Shown: positions 1-13,557 of the stretch, one piece after another
How positions within the stretch are numbered: position 1 is the first letter of the stretch
Layout of the letters: each line of letters opens with the position of its first letter
NCBI RefSeq assembly: GCF_963506605.1
Contig: NC_083280.1
Location: forward strand, 23,746,001 to 23,810,000
Length of the DNA stretch: 64,000 nt
DNA from: Zootoca vivipara
Taxonomy: Eukaryota
Reading direction: 5' to 3'
The notes under the pieces: generated by a model
What the model saw: the letters and a program-made list of their open reading frames with translations, nothing else
The model's database searches: none
What the model was told of the DNA's origin: nothing
Made by a program: the position numbers and the translations under genes

Positions 1-775
1 AATAATCATATCTACATTTTCTGAAATATAGGGTGGAGTGGGATTATTATGTGATGACCATGACACCTAGAAACCCTTCTCAAATCTTTTGATGGGATGA
101 TTGGCTGAATTTCTCAGCACTTTCCAAAACACAGAGCAAGCCTAGAGTCCTTATGAACACCCACCCAAAACTATGGTTTGTTTCTTACTATCAGATTACA
201 GAGCTGCTCCTCATTGCACTTACACACGTGACTGCAAGGGGAAAGGTAGGCACACAAATGTCTGGTAGCTGAATCACACATTTTCTCTAAGTTAAATTGG
301 GTGCACTGCAGTCTTGCTGCTGAAAAGTTTCGCATTTGGATTGTGTAAGTGTTAAGAGCCATGCAGCCTCTCCAATTTCCTGTGCTTCTGAGTGGGTCTC
401 TATTCTGGGCACAACTGGTTTTTCTTGCCTAAATATTATCCATGGGGTGGTGGGTGGCGATCAGAATCAGAACTGTGTGGCATGATGAGGGAATTTGATC
501 CTCTGCCCCCTTTAGGGTTCCAATCAAGATATTCTTCCAGCAGCTGGAATTTCTCCTAGGCTCACTTAGAATGTTTTGTGCAGCGAAGGACTTATCAGTT
601 CATTTTACCACTGTAAATTTCTAGGGTGGGAACATCTGGATTGTCAGCTACCTAGACCAACATATCTTGGTGAAGCATTGGTTTTGTGTCTATCTAGGTG
701 GCCACTCTATTCAGTGGTAGCTTGTGGCTATTTATCTTTTTTGGCGGATATAATGGCACAGGGTATAACCTCATA

Positions 776-855
776 CAGGGTGAGTCCTTTAAAAGAGGCC
801 CCATGGATACAGAGTACACATGTTCCACGGGGCCTCTTTTAAAAGACTCACCCTG
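776..855. mobile_element. 80-bp Tc1/mariner-type MITE (hairpin)
   Basis: TA|CAGGGTGAGTCCTTTAAAAGAGGCCCC...GGGGCCTCTTTTAAAAGACTCACCCTG|TA. Long terminal inverted repeats, TA target duplication, near-identical second copy at 27922-28001. Confidence 0.85.
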
Positions 856-1017
856 TATATATGAAGGTAATGAAAATCAGGACCAATGTCTTGGTAGGTC
901 TACAGTTCCTAGAATCATGTGTTTCCATTTGACTTATGGTAGAAACATCACAATTAGCTATCAGATATCCCAAAACCATTCCAAGAACCTTGAATTTAGC
1001 TGGTTTTATTCTTAAAG

Positions 1018-4000
1018 AGATTTCAATGAGTAGCATGTGTTTTGAAGGAGCAGCCTGTTTATTATTAGTTGAAGCATTTTGCTGGACCACAATTGGTTAT
1101 AAACATTTAAAGAGCTATGAACTTCAAATTGCTCTATTTGAACTTTGGAATTGCCTTTCTGCATTGATTGGAAGTACAGTATGTGAGGATTTGGTAAATG
1201 GACTCTAGTCTAGCTAAAGTTGTTGTTGTTGTTTAGTCGTTTAGTCGTGTCCGACTCTTTGTGGCCCCATGGACCAGAGCACACCAGGCACTCCTGTCTT
1301 CCACTGCCTTCCGCAGTTTGGTCAGACTCATGTTAGCAGCTTCGTAACTAAATCCTATTGACTGAAATTATTTGTGACCAACAGTGCACTCATATACATG
1401 ACTACTCAGAAACAAGCCCCACTGACTTCAGTAATAGTGGGTTACTGAAGTGGGTCTTCTTTCCAGGTAAGAGTGTATAGAACCACAGCCCAACTTATCC
1501 CATTTAGCTGAAGTGAAGCTATTGTAATTGTATGACTCTTAATACAGACATGTTATATTTGAGATGTCAAATGTTTCCTGCCTGTGGTTTTTTGCTGCTG
1601 CTGTTGCCCCTGGGGAAGTGGCTTTAATTAAGAACTATTTTTTCCTTGTATCTTAATAGATGCTCCTGTGTCATATTTCTATTCCAAGAAGAATCTCAGG
1701 ATTCTTCTTTCATGCAAAGGGGATGTGAGTTGGTCGTGATCAGTCAATCCCGTTACGAGTAATTAATGACTTCACTGCAAATGTGCCAATAATAACAGTG
1801 AGGGCTAGAGTTTTGAAAGGAGCTCAGAGCCAGATTCACGAGAGTGCTCTCCCTCCTTCTCTCTACCCCAAAATAAATACCAGATTTTGAACAGGACTTA
1901 GCGCTTTCTTTGCACACAAAGGAAAGGGGCAGGTTTTTCAAAAGTGCCAGCCGACTAGAATCTGGGGAAGTATGAGGGTCATGACATCAGGCTTATTATA
2001 TTATTATTATTATTAGCTATGTTTGTGACGGCTTCAGACAATGGCCTTCCCACATGGATACAAGAATCATGTGTAAAGCTTTCAAATGGTGCCTGCGTGG
2101 GTGGCTCCCCATCCATCTCCATCTATACCAAGACTTTGCAAAATGAAGATCAGATGGGGAGGAGAGGCAGAGCAGGTTGTCACTGGCATACCAAAGCTGC
2201 CTCTGATCATTTATGATACGTGAGCAACACCTAGCTTCTGGTATTCAAGTGCATCACTACTGTGAAGTGGGAACTGACAGTTGCATGCCTAGGTGTGTTT
2301 GTTCAGAAGTGTGTCCCATTCTGCTCAATGGGACTTACACCCAGGTAAGTGTACATAACTACAGCCTTAGACAGGTTTCCACACAGATATGTGTATGTCT
2401 CTGATTCATAGAGTCAGCATACCTCTATCCCCATAGAGTGAGATGCAGAAGTACCCATTTCAGATAAAGCTATGTGTGAGTACAGGAAGTGCTGTTCTGT
2501 CCAATTCTCCATTTTGACAGAGCAAGCAGATCAGGGTCCAAGGAACCACTGGTAGGTAGATTAGAGTCTGAGGGGTAAGGGACAGTGGCCCAGTTTGTTT
2601 GTGGTATTCCTGAATCACCCTTCCTTTATATGAATAAAATTAGGGTTGGGTAAAGCCATCAATTTTGGTTTCTCTTTGTTTCTCACCCCCCGCAGTTCTA
2701 AACATATTCACATCAGCCTGCATTTTTTTTAATGTTCTCATGAAAATTCATCAGTGAATTAGTGTGGATTTCTCCTAACATGCACATTTTTGTATGGAAT
2801 TTTGCCTCCTATACACATCTTTCCAAAGCAGTTCCCTCTAAAATATCATATTTTTGTATGTTATTTCACCAACATATGCCTTTTTTTATGGACACTTCAT
2901 CTCATTCTGTGCACACATTCCCTGGCTGCAGAACTGCATCACAAAATTCAGATTCAAAGTGTGGATTTTGAAGAATGGCTGTATTTCAGTTTGCATATTG
3001 TTTCAGAAAGTGCAGAAGGCTTGTCTTTAAATGCAAACAGAATTGCTTGGCTTTATAGATGAGCTGGATATGGATTTATAGATGAACTGGATATGGAACA
3101 ACTGATTGGTTCAAAATTGGGAAAGGAGTACGACAAGGTTGTATATTGTCTCCCTGCTTATTTAACTTATATGCAGAATTCATCATGCGAAAGGCTGGAC
3201 TAGATGAAACCCAAGCCGGAATTAAGATTGCCGGAAGAAATATCAACAACCTCAGATATGCAGATGACACAACCTTGATGGCAGAAAGCGAGGAGGAATT
3301 AAAGAACCTTTTAATGAGGGTGAAAGAGGAGAGCGCAAAATATGGTCTGAAGCTCAACATCAAAAAAACCAAGATCATGGCCACTGGTCCCATCACCTCC
3401 TGGCAAATAGAAGGGGAAGAAATGGAGGCAGTGAGAGATTTTACTTTCTTGGGCTCCTTGATCACTGCAGATGGTGACAGCAGTCACGAAATTAAAAGAC
3501 GCCTGCTTCTTGGGAGAAAAGCGATGACAAACCTAGACAGCATCTTAAAAAGCAGAGACATCACCTTGCCGACAAAGGTCCGTATAGTTAAAGCTATGGT
3601 TTTCCCAGTAGTGATGTATGGAAGTGAGAGATGGACCATCAAGAAGGCTGATCGCCGAAGAATTGATGCTTTTGAATTATGGTGCTGGAGGAGACTCTTG
3701 AGAGTCCCATGGACTGCAAGAAGATCAAACCTATCCATTCTTCAGGAAATCAGCCCTGAGTGCTCCCTGGAAGGACAGATCGTGAAGCTGAGGCTCCAAT
3801 ACTTTGGCCACCTCATGAGAAGAGAGGAATCTTTGGAAAAGACCCTGATGTTGGGAAAGATTGAGGGCACTAGGAGAAGGGGACGACAGAGGACGAGATG
3901 GTTGGACAGTGTTCTCGAAGCTACGAACATGAGTTTGACCAAACTGCGGGAGGCAGTGCAAGACAGGAGTGCCTGGCGTGCTCTGGTCCATGGGGTCACG

Positions 4001-4112
4001 AAGAGTCGGACACGACTAAACGACTAAACAACAACAACAATAGATGAGCAGGGATTAGCTGGTGGGATTACATAATAAATCCTTCAGCCATAGGGTTGGC
4101 ATATTTAAAAAG

Positions 4113-4157
<45 letters not shown>

Positions 4158-4565
4158 TCTTTCTTCAAATTTATGGGAGACAACACACTTGTGCCTTGCA
4201 GTCATTAATTTATTATAAGCTTCCACAAATGCATTTTAATTTTGTGTTTTCATATAGGAAAATGCAGCAGCAGCTGATGGACCTTAGGGATCAAAAATAT
4301 CACGTGTGCAACTTCTTTCTTCCAAACTGGCCCATTTCACAGCTTGATTTAGACAAAGCTTGGAACGAACAGACATGCATGCAAGTGTCTTGCAGGAGGA
4401 GCACCATGGAAAGCAATCCCCTTTGTCCCAGTCTTCAGACCACATGTAATCATTCTTCAGAAACACTCATATTTGTGGCCAAGCCACTGGTCCAACCCGA
4501 TGAATAATGCTTGCTATAATCAGACCAGCTGGCTTATAAACTGGGTATGAATGCCAATGCCTATG

Positions 4566-4637
<72 letters not shown>

Positions 4638-6295
4638 TTATGGGAAAAAATCACAACAGCAGATACTGATAAAATACACTGCATGTTTTGCAATTTAACT
4701 TTGAAGGTATTGAAGGGTATATTGGGACCTTTGGGTGGAGATCTCACCATGTAATGCTGGAACCCATTTGTTGTTTTTGTTAACTGTTATGGACTGTTTT
4801 GTGGTATTTTGCACATTGCCTTGGGAGAGGTGATGCTCATCATACTAAGACACGGAAAGCTTGGCAAGGAGCTGAAAATAATCCCCCTTTCCCCTAAAAA
4901 CCCATATCATAAGACCATAAGAATGGCCCTGATGAATCAGGCTTATGGCCCATCTAGTCCAGCATCCTATTCTCACAGTGGCAACCAGGTGCCAAAGGGA
5001 AGCCTGCAAACCAGACATGAGTGCAACCGTATGCTGCCCACTGCCCACCTGTGACTCCTGGCAACTGGTATTCAGAGGCATAATACCTCTGAAAGTGGAA
5101 ATAGAGCCTAGACGTTGTGGCTAATACCGTGTTTCTCATATTTTAAGGCATCCCTACAAAATAAGGCATGGCAGGATTTCCAAGGGTTGGTGAAATATAA
5201 GGCATACCTTGAAAATAAGCCGTACCGGCTTATGGTGGGAGGAAAAGGAAGATGTCTCCTCAGAACCGGATGCTGCCGCCACGTGCAGCTCCGTCCGAGT
5301 GGGAGCCGGCAAGAGCTGCAGCACACCCGGCTGGACCCACAACCGAAGCAGCGCTAAGCCCCAGGAGCCGGCAGGAGCCACGGTGCGCGAAGCTCAAGGC
5401 GCGCGAAGCCCCGGCACCTGGCTGGAGCCTTAGCGCACAGCGCGGGAAGCCTGGGACCTGGCTGGACACGCAACTGAAGCAGCGCTAAGCCCCGGGAGCC
5501 GGCAGGAGCCGCGGTGCACGAAGCCCAAAACCCTGGGACCTGGCAGGACCAGCGGGACCCAGCAAGAGGTGCAGCTCTCCCAAGCCCGTTCTGGTAAGTG
5601 CACTGAACTCTTGTTGGGCTGAAAACATTGAGCTTGCACGGTATGCATGCAATGCTATTCTGTGATGCAGGAAAAGTTTGTGAAAAGCATGCTTTTATCA
5701 TGCTTGTTTGGGCTCTGTTCTGCTGCTTTTGATCTCAGAAAACTTTCACTTTGTGCATGTTTAATGCAAGCTTTAATTGCATGCAATTGCTCCCCCTCAG
5801 TGTGCTTTTGCTTGGTGCAAAAGTACAATATTTATGCATGGTTGGTGCAAGATTAAATTGCATGCAATTGCTCCACCCCACCTGTAGAGTTTAGGTTTGG
5901 AGAGTTATGACGATCTTCCAGAAGAGGACAACTTAATTATAACTGAATAAATGTAGTTTGCTTTACCATACTTAATTAAAAAATAAGACATCCCTTGAAA
6001 ATAAGCCATGGTGTGTTTTTTGAGGAAAAAATAAATATAAGACGTGTCTTATAATATGAGAAACATGGTAGTAGCCATTGGTAGCCTTCTTCTCCATGAA
6101 TTAGTCTAATCTTTTTTTTAAAAAAAAAGCCAAATCACTGGGCAACCACAACAATGACCTGTGGCTGCTTAATCTTTTCCTTTGTTAGGAGATTTAAATA
6201 TATGCATCTGTTGACCAGTTTGCAAGGAAGCAACCCCTACTCTGAGTGGTTTGGCTTAAAATGTGTTGTTCAGGCCTGGCTTCAAGTTTGGGGTG

Positions 6296-6327
<32 letters not shown>

Positions 6328-8569
6328 TCCGGACCCCAGTGGGGCCCCTGGCAGGCTAGTTCCCCAAGACACCAAGTGATTTACCTGGTGGCGGCGTAAT
6401 TACAGGACCGGAATTAGCAGCATGGCAGAGAGGACACTCCCAAGTCCTGTCAAATTAGGGGGCATCTCAGCAGTGCTGTCCCCGAGTGGAATTTTTTATC
6501 TACATGCTTGTACTTGCTGTCACAACTATCTGAATTACACTGACATTAGGGATGGAACTGGTGTATTTCAGAGAGTGGCGCTGGTGGACTTTGAGGTGCT
6601 GTGTGGGCTCAGACACTTCCCCAATCCTGACTGCCACCCTGCTGGGGGCATTGGTGTTAACCTGAGTACGAACCTACTCGAACCCTGTGGCCATAATCTG
6701 AAGCCTCTCTTCTTTGTGGCAACACAAGAAGAGGCCTTTTCTGCAGCGGCTCCCCATTTCTGGAATGCTCTCTCCAGGGAGGTTTGGCAGGCACCTTCCA
6801 TTATACACCAAGCAAGACCTTCTGCTTCAACCAGGCCTTGGGCTGATACCTTTTACGTGTTGTGGGAGTGGGGGGGGGGGAGAGACAGGCGTTATTGTTT
6901 TTTTTATTATTACTACTACGTGTTTTGTGTTTTGATCTTGTACTTTAATGTTGCGAACTGCTTTGAGATCGGGGGGGGGGGTGTTATACAAATTTAATAA
7001 ATAAATAATATGGCACATGCTGGCGCCAGGTAATCATATGGCAGAGTCCAGCGAAACACGCGGTTGTGTCGGAAATGTAGCATCGGAGTCTTTATTTACA
7101 TCAAAATAAACAAAAACATCATGACGAGCTGTAAGCTGCGCCTTCTCACACAGTCTCTCAGAAGAGAGTGAGAGAACAAAGAGCAGAAGTTCTCACAGAC
7201 TTACTTCCGTTCCCATACTGAGGTCCAGCGCCGAGGGCCTTCTGGTGGTTCCCTCACTGCGAGAAGCGAAGCTGCAGGGAACCAGGCAGAGGGCCTTCTC
7301 GGTAGTGGCACCCGCCCTGTGGAACGCCCTTCCATCAGATGTCAAAGAGATAAACAACTACCTGACATTTAGAAAATACCTAAAGGCAGCCCTGTTTAGG
7401 GAAGTTTTTAGTCTGTGATCTTTTAATGTATTTTGATGTGTGTTGGAAGCCGCCCAGAGTGGCGGGGGAGACCCGGCCAGATGGGAGGGGTATAAATAAT
7501 AAAAATTATTATTTTTAATAATAATAATAATTATGATAATATACTCCCAACAGTACAGAAAAGTAAACACAGGATCATATGATCCAGCAGTGAAGAATGA
7601 AATACTAACAGAAACATCTGCTCCTCTCTATGCAGAGCATCATCATCATCAAGAAAAGAGAAAAAAGAAAATACCTTAATGTGTATCTTGGCTAAGAAGT
7701 TACTAGACAGAAGAGAGTGCCTATGCAAAGATTGCTTTGCACGACGATGATGTTTTAGAGCAATATTTCAGATTTCAAAACAAGCTTACACAGCCGCCTT
7801 ATGTGCATTGAATCAGACCATTGGTCAATCTAGCTCAGTATTGTCTCCATTCACTGACAAGCTGCTCTCCAGGTTTTCGGGCAGGGAGTCTCTCCCAGCC
7901 CAACCTGGAATTGAACTTGGGACCTTCTGCAGGCAAAGCAGATGCTCTGCCACTGAACTACAGCTCTTCCCCAAATTTAAGTAATTCTCTATTTCACTGA
8001 CATAGCACAGGGTTTGTTCCTGCTAGGTAATAAAGCTGCTGCCTGGAGCAGACATAAAGCAGAGCAAGCAATAGCCAATATCTGTTCCCACAGATGTTGC
8101 TGCAAACCCTGTGTGAACTAGCTCCAGCCTGCCTCCTCGTAAATTATGCTAGCTAAACCCCAACCTATACTTATTTCATGTATATATGCGTATGTATGTG
8201 TGTTAAGTGTAATTGGGCAATTTATGGTGCTGGAGGAGACTCTTGAGAGTCCCATGGACTGCAAGAAGATCAAATCTATCCATTCTTAAGGAAATCAGCC
8301 CTGAGTGCTCCCTGGAAGGACAGATCCTGAAGCTGAGGCTCCAATACTTTGGCCACCTCATGAGAAGAGAAGAATCCCTGGAAAAGACCCTGATGTTGGG
8401 AAAGATTGAGGGCACTAGGAGAAGTGGACGACAGAGGACGAGATGGTTGGACAGTGTTCTCGAAGCTACGAACATGAGTTTGACCAAACTGCGGGAGGCA
8501 GTGGAAGACAGGAGTGCCTGGCGTGCTATGGTTCATGGGGTCACAAAGAGTCGGACACGACTAAACGAC

Positions 8570-8609
<40 letters not shown>

Positions 8610-11600
8610 AGTGGAATGCAGATTTTGTACATGAACATAAGTCAGATGAAATGTGGCTTCTAAGAAATTCTGGAAATTTATTTAGTATGTGAATGTGTGT
8701 GTTTAAAAGCAACATTATCTTCTAGGAGCAGAAAAATAGCTGCATATCTCCCTGGCACCAACCCTAGTTATAGTGAATTAACAGGATGTGGCTCACCTGC
8801 TCCATTTCTGAAGTGCACAGGTCCTGCCTTTGGTGCCTGCTTCATTTTATAGGATCTATTCCTACACAGAGCCCAACATATGTAGATACAATCAATGCAG
8901 TCATGGGGGTAAAGTTTGCACGGACAGAAGAGCATATAGGAATGCCTGAACTGGGCAGGTGGACACAAGTTCTGATTCCTCACTCCAGAGAAACATAGAA
9001 CCACATAGTTGGAATCTATGGGATCTAATAATTGGATAGCTTTAGCATATCTAAAGTTTTGTGTCCCCTTTGTAGGAAGTGTATACGTTTTTGTGCAATT
9101 TCCAGTTTTAATTGAATTAAATTTTGTTGCATTATTTAATGGAATGGTTCCCAAACCACTCCACCATGGACCATCTGAATTTTTTTTAAAAAAAATGTTT
9201 TTATTTATTCCCATGGTACAGAAGAGAAATTTTGAGAATTTTTTTGAGGGTCTTAGCAAACCACCACGTTTGTTTGTTTTTTGTTTTTTGCCTGTTGTAG
9301 CAATTGAAATGCCCTGTGAATGATGCTGTATCTTTTTAAATTGTATTTTTATTGCTTCTTTTATTTCTTATAGATTGCATTTTACTGTATTACAATTTGA
9401 TTACCACAGAATTAGCATGGATAAATATGAATATTTAATGCAATGGATGTGCCTGTTGCGTTAAAGTTATTAGATGTTCAGTGTAGTATCAGTCAACCTG
9501 AGTACTATGTAAGATACAGCATCAAACTTTTTAATTTCTAGCCTGCCATTAACTTTGCTGCTAATCCTCTCCACTCCTTTCAAGTGCCTCCCCACCACTA
9601 TAGATCTGCCCTGCTTACCATCTGTGTGGACTATGAGGTTCTAAGAACAATGGAGCAGTTGCTGTGCTTTTGTTTCACAGCTGTAGCTCCCGATGTTCTT
9701 CACACACCTGAATGAAGCCTGGACCACTGTTTGAAAACTCCTGCAGTGTAAATCAGGGTACACTCCATGCAGGCTAAAGCTACAACATTCAGCCTCTGTT
9801 TAAAAGGAGAGTCCGCCACTCTGGACACTATCAAATGGCTCTTGCCATTATAAAGTTTTATCCCAAATCTGCTTCCCTGCACTCTTCTATCAATAGGTTT
9901 TACACCTGTCCTCTGGTGCAACAGAGAACAGGTCTGCTCCATCTTCTGCCCAAATTAGGACATTTGCAGACCACTATTGGAGACCACATTAATATTCTCT
10001 TCTCCAGGCTAAACATATTGTTCCTCATAAACAACTGTTCCTCATAAAACTTGGGCTGGATCTAGAGGCATTAAAAAAAAGTTTCAAGAAAATGCATTGT
10101 AAACTCAAAGTGGGAAATCATGTTGACGAAAGATGTGACTCCACAGCGCCATCTGGTGCCATGGCATTATAATGCATACAAAACACTTTTTTCTTTACTA
10201 ATGTAGCTGAGTCCTTGGTTTCCAAAATCCCACAGCAACCTGGCCACCCTCCTCTGGGTGCAATCTAGGACAGGGGAAATAATAGAATTGCAGAGTTGGA
10301 AGGGAACTCAAGGGTCATCTAGTCTAACCCACTGCAATGCAGGAACCCTGTATGATTCAGAGGGCATTAAGGAAGCAAGGAGGGCAAAATAGGGGACAAA
10401 GGTTGTGTTCCAGGGGCACCAAGGGAAGCAGAGGAATTTGTGCTCAGTACCAGTAGCCTTGTTTTAAGAAAGCCAGCGCATAAACATCTCACCATCCAGA
10501 CTGCCCTCCTCTGGACACATTCCTTACAGCCCCTTGGAAGTCAGTGAAGCATGGATAAGATTACAATTAACCTTATTCAGGGTTCTGATGTGTGCATGGT
10601 ATTCTGTGCAAAAGGATGTTGCTCTCCTCTATTTAATGTCAACGAGAGCTCCACACATGTGTTTTTCCACTGCGTCTGCAAAGCTGTTCCAGCATCAGCA
10701 AGAATGAGGCAACCCCTGGATCATGTCGAACATCCTCCAAAGTTTCCACTGGAGTGCTTTCATAGACTTCAAATCTGGGGGACTAGGAACACTGATCGGA
10801 TCCAAATGTTTAAATTTAATGCTATTTTTAAAAACTCTGAAAGGTCACAAGAAGCTTCTACTTAACAAAGCAGCATTACATAACTCCAGAACAAACTATC
10901 TGCTGTATGCAAAAAGAAAGAAAGAAAGCAGAACAGGACATTGCTGGACTGATACATATGTTGGCAGAATCATAAGATTTAAAAAGGACAGCTATTACAT
11001 GCTGGCTCATTAAAGTTACTGCTGTTAAAACGCACCCTTCTTTATCTGCGGTAATGTGAAACTGCTGAAATGACTAAACTGCTTGGGAAGTTTATCTAGG
11101 GAAGTGAAGCAGGCCACTGGGGTGGGGGGTGGGGGGAGAGTAACCAGTTCTCCAGAGTCAGGCACGTAGTAGCTGATGAATGTGCATTGCGGAAAATGTT
11201 TTAATCAGAAACTGACTTGAATGGATGCCAGGAGGATATCTGTGCTAGTTTGTTGCAGCAAAAATAACAAAGAGTCTTGTGAACCGTTCAACAGAATTAC
11301 TGTGGCATCGGCTTTCATGGTTCAGAGCCAGTTACTATCAAAAGTATCTAATGATACTTCTAGTCCATGGGCTGCCTACCACACAATCAATCTGTTAGTC
11401 TTTAAAGTGTCACACGACTCCTACAAAATAACTATCAAAGTAGCTTTTCCACTTTCCATAGGCTATGATGATGGAGAGGTCTCATCAAATCATGTGACCT
11501 GCTTTCCAAGGGCAGTCCTCTACGTGAATGTATCAATTGTGGATGCATTTGAAGAGCTATTCAGTTCACATTCCATAAGAAGGGTGAGGAACAGCCTTGA

Positions 11601-13557
11601 GTGACCCCCTCAATGGAGGGAACTACAGCTCCTGTGATTCTTTGGGGGCATTCATGTGCTTTAAATGTGTGTTGGATTGCTTTAAATGTGTTCTGTGGAT
11701 CTGCCTCTAAGGAGGCACGCGTGTCACTTAGACACAGGCTTCCCCACTGTAGGGAGATGCATTGCATTTCTTCTTATGTTACAGTCATGATTTCTGCATT
11801 TGCATCTACGAATCAAAGGGACACACACAAAAACTCTGTGTCCTTTTTGGGAGCAATGCCTAAGTGGGCACCCTGATGTGGCCAGTTTATTGGTGAACAG
11901 ACAAATGGATCTGGGCTTCATTTTCAGGACACTGTTGTATCTTGGAAACTTCATATAAGAGAGAAGAATGGGGAAGAGGGTTCGTATTGCAAGAACCTTT
12001 GTTCTTGTGGCTAGCTCTCAGGAAAAGTTGAGGCTAGCTCTCAGCAAAGCAGCAGTGGAAATCTCAAAAGATCCAGGCCACAGAGGTTTGGGCAAGGAGA
12101 AAGAAACATACAAAGCGAGACCACACATCCAAAGGAAAACCTCTGAGGTTTCTCCTTCTCTATTCATCCACATGTAAAAAATATTATACTGTAGAAAGGA
12201 TGTAACAATGCAGACTCCTGTTTTCAAAACATTTCCCCAACCCTGGCTTCTGTCCCTTCTCATCCCTGGCTGGCAATTTACCAGCTTCTGAAGGTTATTG
12301 AACAGGCCCCCAAAATGTTCTGTAACCACTGTGTGGCCACAAGGCAAACTGATTTCATATTGGACCTTACTGCATGTTCATTCCTCTGGGTCGAGCTTGG
12401 TGATGGGGAAAGAAAGGCAGTTTCCCAGGAGTGTGGCCTGGTGAAACTATGCAAACAAGTTTCAGTTCAGCGTGATTTGCAGTGCAGATATGCTCTTTGG
12501 GCTGATGCCAAACAACATTGTTCATAATTCCTCTTCACACCCAGCATCTAAAATAGACACATCATAATGCCCTACCTAGCACAGCAACACAGAAGTTTCC
12601 AATGATCTGTATAAAGCTATACAGTATATTCCTGCGTATAAGACTACTTTTTAACCCAGGAAAATCTTCTCAAAAGTCAGGGGCCGTCTTATACGCCGGG
12701 TCATATTTCTTATACGGCAAATATATCCCAAATTCTATATTTTCACTGGAAAAGTTGGGAGTCGTCTTATATGCCCAGTCGTCTTATACGCCGGAATATA
12801 CGGGTACAAGGGACAGCCAGTGGCGGAGCTTCATGCTCCGGCACCGGGGGCGGAGAGCAGGCGGGGCGGAGCTGGCACGCGTTCTGGGGGTGGGGACCGC
12901 CATCTGCGGGGGCAGGGCGCCCCGCGCGGGGGGCAGCCGTGATGGCGTCCTTGGGATCGCGCTGCCCAGGGCAGAGCGCCCCTATCGCCCCCCTTCCTAC
13001 GCCCCTGGGGACAGCTTATATGTGACAGAAGATGGAAGCAGCTGGGATGTGGGCAGGAGGATTCTTTGTGCTTTGAGGATGCTCTCAGAGAGATGGACCC
13101 CACCCCCACCCTCCAAAAAAACCCATCCAGATATTGTAATTAAATCTTTGTTGCTTGACTGGTGTGCCATGCATTTTCACTTGAAGCAAAACTACAGTGG
13201 GCTCTAGAGCTGATGTGTCATTTATATCCTCTCCTTGCAATTTTTTTAAAAAACCCAACCTTAAGATTGCTAGATATGTATAATATTTAGCAGTACTGCA
13301 TTCAACTGAAGGATAAGTAAGAGTAATGAAACTTCTAAATTGCTTCCAAGGTGAATGCTGATTTTTTCCCATCATCATGAATACCCCCAGGACAAGCTTT
13401 CCAGATGGATACTATTTACACAGGTAGTAGCATTTCATCCCTGCGGATTACCTTAACTAGTGAAGAAAGCTATAATGAAATGTCATACGAAGTTCTGGAA
13501 AAGTTCACGAGGGATTTAAGTAGTGAAGAACAAGTTGTGACCAAATCAAGTACTTAA
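1018..13557 (+). CDS. Tentative spliced ORF of unknown product (3' part only). Candidate exons 1018-1193, 1660-1724, 8853-8908, 11462-11583, 12022-12085, 13424-13557; alternative terminal exon 4258-4507
   Basis: Each segment has AG/GT boundaries (e.g. tttttccttgtatcttaatag|...|gtgagt; ttttccactttccatag|...|gtgagg). Phases join into one open frame ending ...EKFTRDLSSEEQVVTKSST*. No homologue recognised, and exons were hand-picked, so this may be non-coding or chance. Confidence 0.2.
1219..1344 (-). mobile_element. BovB (RTE) LINE 3'-end fragment
   Basis: Reverse complement of the BovB 3' end seen at 3915-4040, with (CAA)n tail. Imperfect TSD tagctaaa/taactaaa. Confidence 0.85.
2641..3015. mobile_element. 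Degenerate non-autonomous DNA-transposon-like repeat
   Basis: Begins TAGGGTTGGG with an AT-rich body resembling a common lacertid interspersed repeat. Recognised from memory; ends uncertain. Confidence 0.35.
3065..4039 (+). mobile_element. BovB (RTE clade) LINE, 5'-truncated, young copy
   Basis: RT-coding ORF, 3' end ...GAGTCGGACACGACTAAACGACTAAACAACAAC, TSD ATAGATGAGC at 3055-3064 and 4040-4049. Confidence 0.95.
3146..4027 (+). pseudogene. Truncated BovB reverse transcriptase (C-terminal part of ORF)
   Basis: 293-aa uninterrupted frame with RT motifs (LSPCLFNLY, NLRYADD, GLKLNIKKTK, FTFLGS) and the RTE C-terminus (YFGHLMRR...RGRQRTRW). Endonuclease and N-terminal RT are missing. Confidence 0.93.
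4114..4156. repeat. (TTA)n microsatellite
   Basis: Direct reading. Confidence 0.95.
4567..4637. repeat. (CT)n(AT)n compound microsatellite
   Basis: Direct reading. Confidence 0.95.
5127..6068. mobile_element. Non-autonomous Tc1/mariner (Tc2/pogo-like) element with GC-rich internal repeats
   Basis: TA|CCGTGTTTCTCATATTTTAAG ... CTTATAATATGAGAAACATGG|TA. Subterminal ATAAG(A/G)C repeats. Interrupts an older repeat (about 4908-6135). Confidence 0.8.
6297..6325. repeat. (GT)n microsatellite
   Basis: Direct reading. Confidence 0.95.
6713..7009 (+). mobile_element. L2-like LINE 3' fragment
   Basis: Encodes the L2-type C-terminal motif AFSAAAPHFWNALS, followed by a T-rich 3'UTR and (AATA)n tail. 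Confidence 0.65.
7216..7540 (+). mobile_element. L2-like LINE 3' fragment
   Basis: RAFSVVAPALWNALPSDVK motif, 3'UTR ending GGGTATAAATAATAAA with (TAA)n. Related copy at 55925-56378. Confidence 0.75.
7795..7972 (-). mobile_element. tRNA-derived SINE (Squam2-like), degenerate
   Basis: Minus strand reads GGGAAGAGCTGTAGTTCAGTGGCAGAGCATCTGCTTTGCCTGCAGAAGGTCCCAAGTTCAATT (A and B boxes). Related copies near 29.6, 50.4 and 58.2 kb. Confidence 0.65.
8222..8608 (+). mobile_element. BovB LINE 3' fragment
   Basis: Near-identical to 3678-4040, with a long (CAA)n tail. Confidence 0.93.
10144..10160 (-). promoter_or_regulatory. Candidate CTCF-binding motif
   Basis: Minus strand GGCACCAGATGGCGCTG closely matches the CTCF core consensus CC(A/G)C(C/T)AG(A/G)(G/T)GGC(A/G). 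Motif match only. Confidence 0.5.
12622..12804. mobile_element. Tc2/pogo-like MITE
   Basis: TA|CAGTATATTCCTGCGTATAAGAC ... GTCTTATACGCCGGAATATACGGG|TA. Confidence 0.75.
12818..13007. mobile_element. GC-rich hAT-type MITE
   Basis: CAGTGGCGGAG ... CCTACGCCCCTG ends. 8-bp TSD GGGACAGC at 12810-12817 and 13008-13015. Confidence 0.8.

Noticed and set aside
3076-3999. Several minus-strand ORFs over BovB (also at 8.2 and 19.9 kb)
   Set aside because: They are antisense shadow frames of the LINE coding sequence and recur in each copy.
6422-6997. 191-aa ATG-initiated ORF
   Set aside because: It runs into an L2 fragment and low-complexity tail, with no recognisable domain in the N-terminal half.
7573-7678. 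Frame reading SYDPAVKNEILTETSAPLYAEHHHHQEKRKKKIP*
   Set aside because: The upstream AG has no polypyrimidine tract, and the His/Lys runs come from simple repeats.
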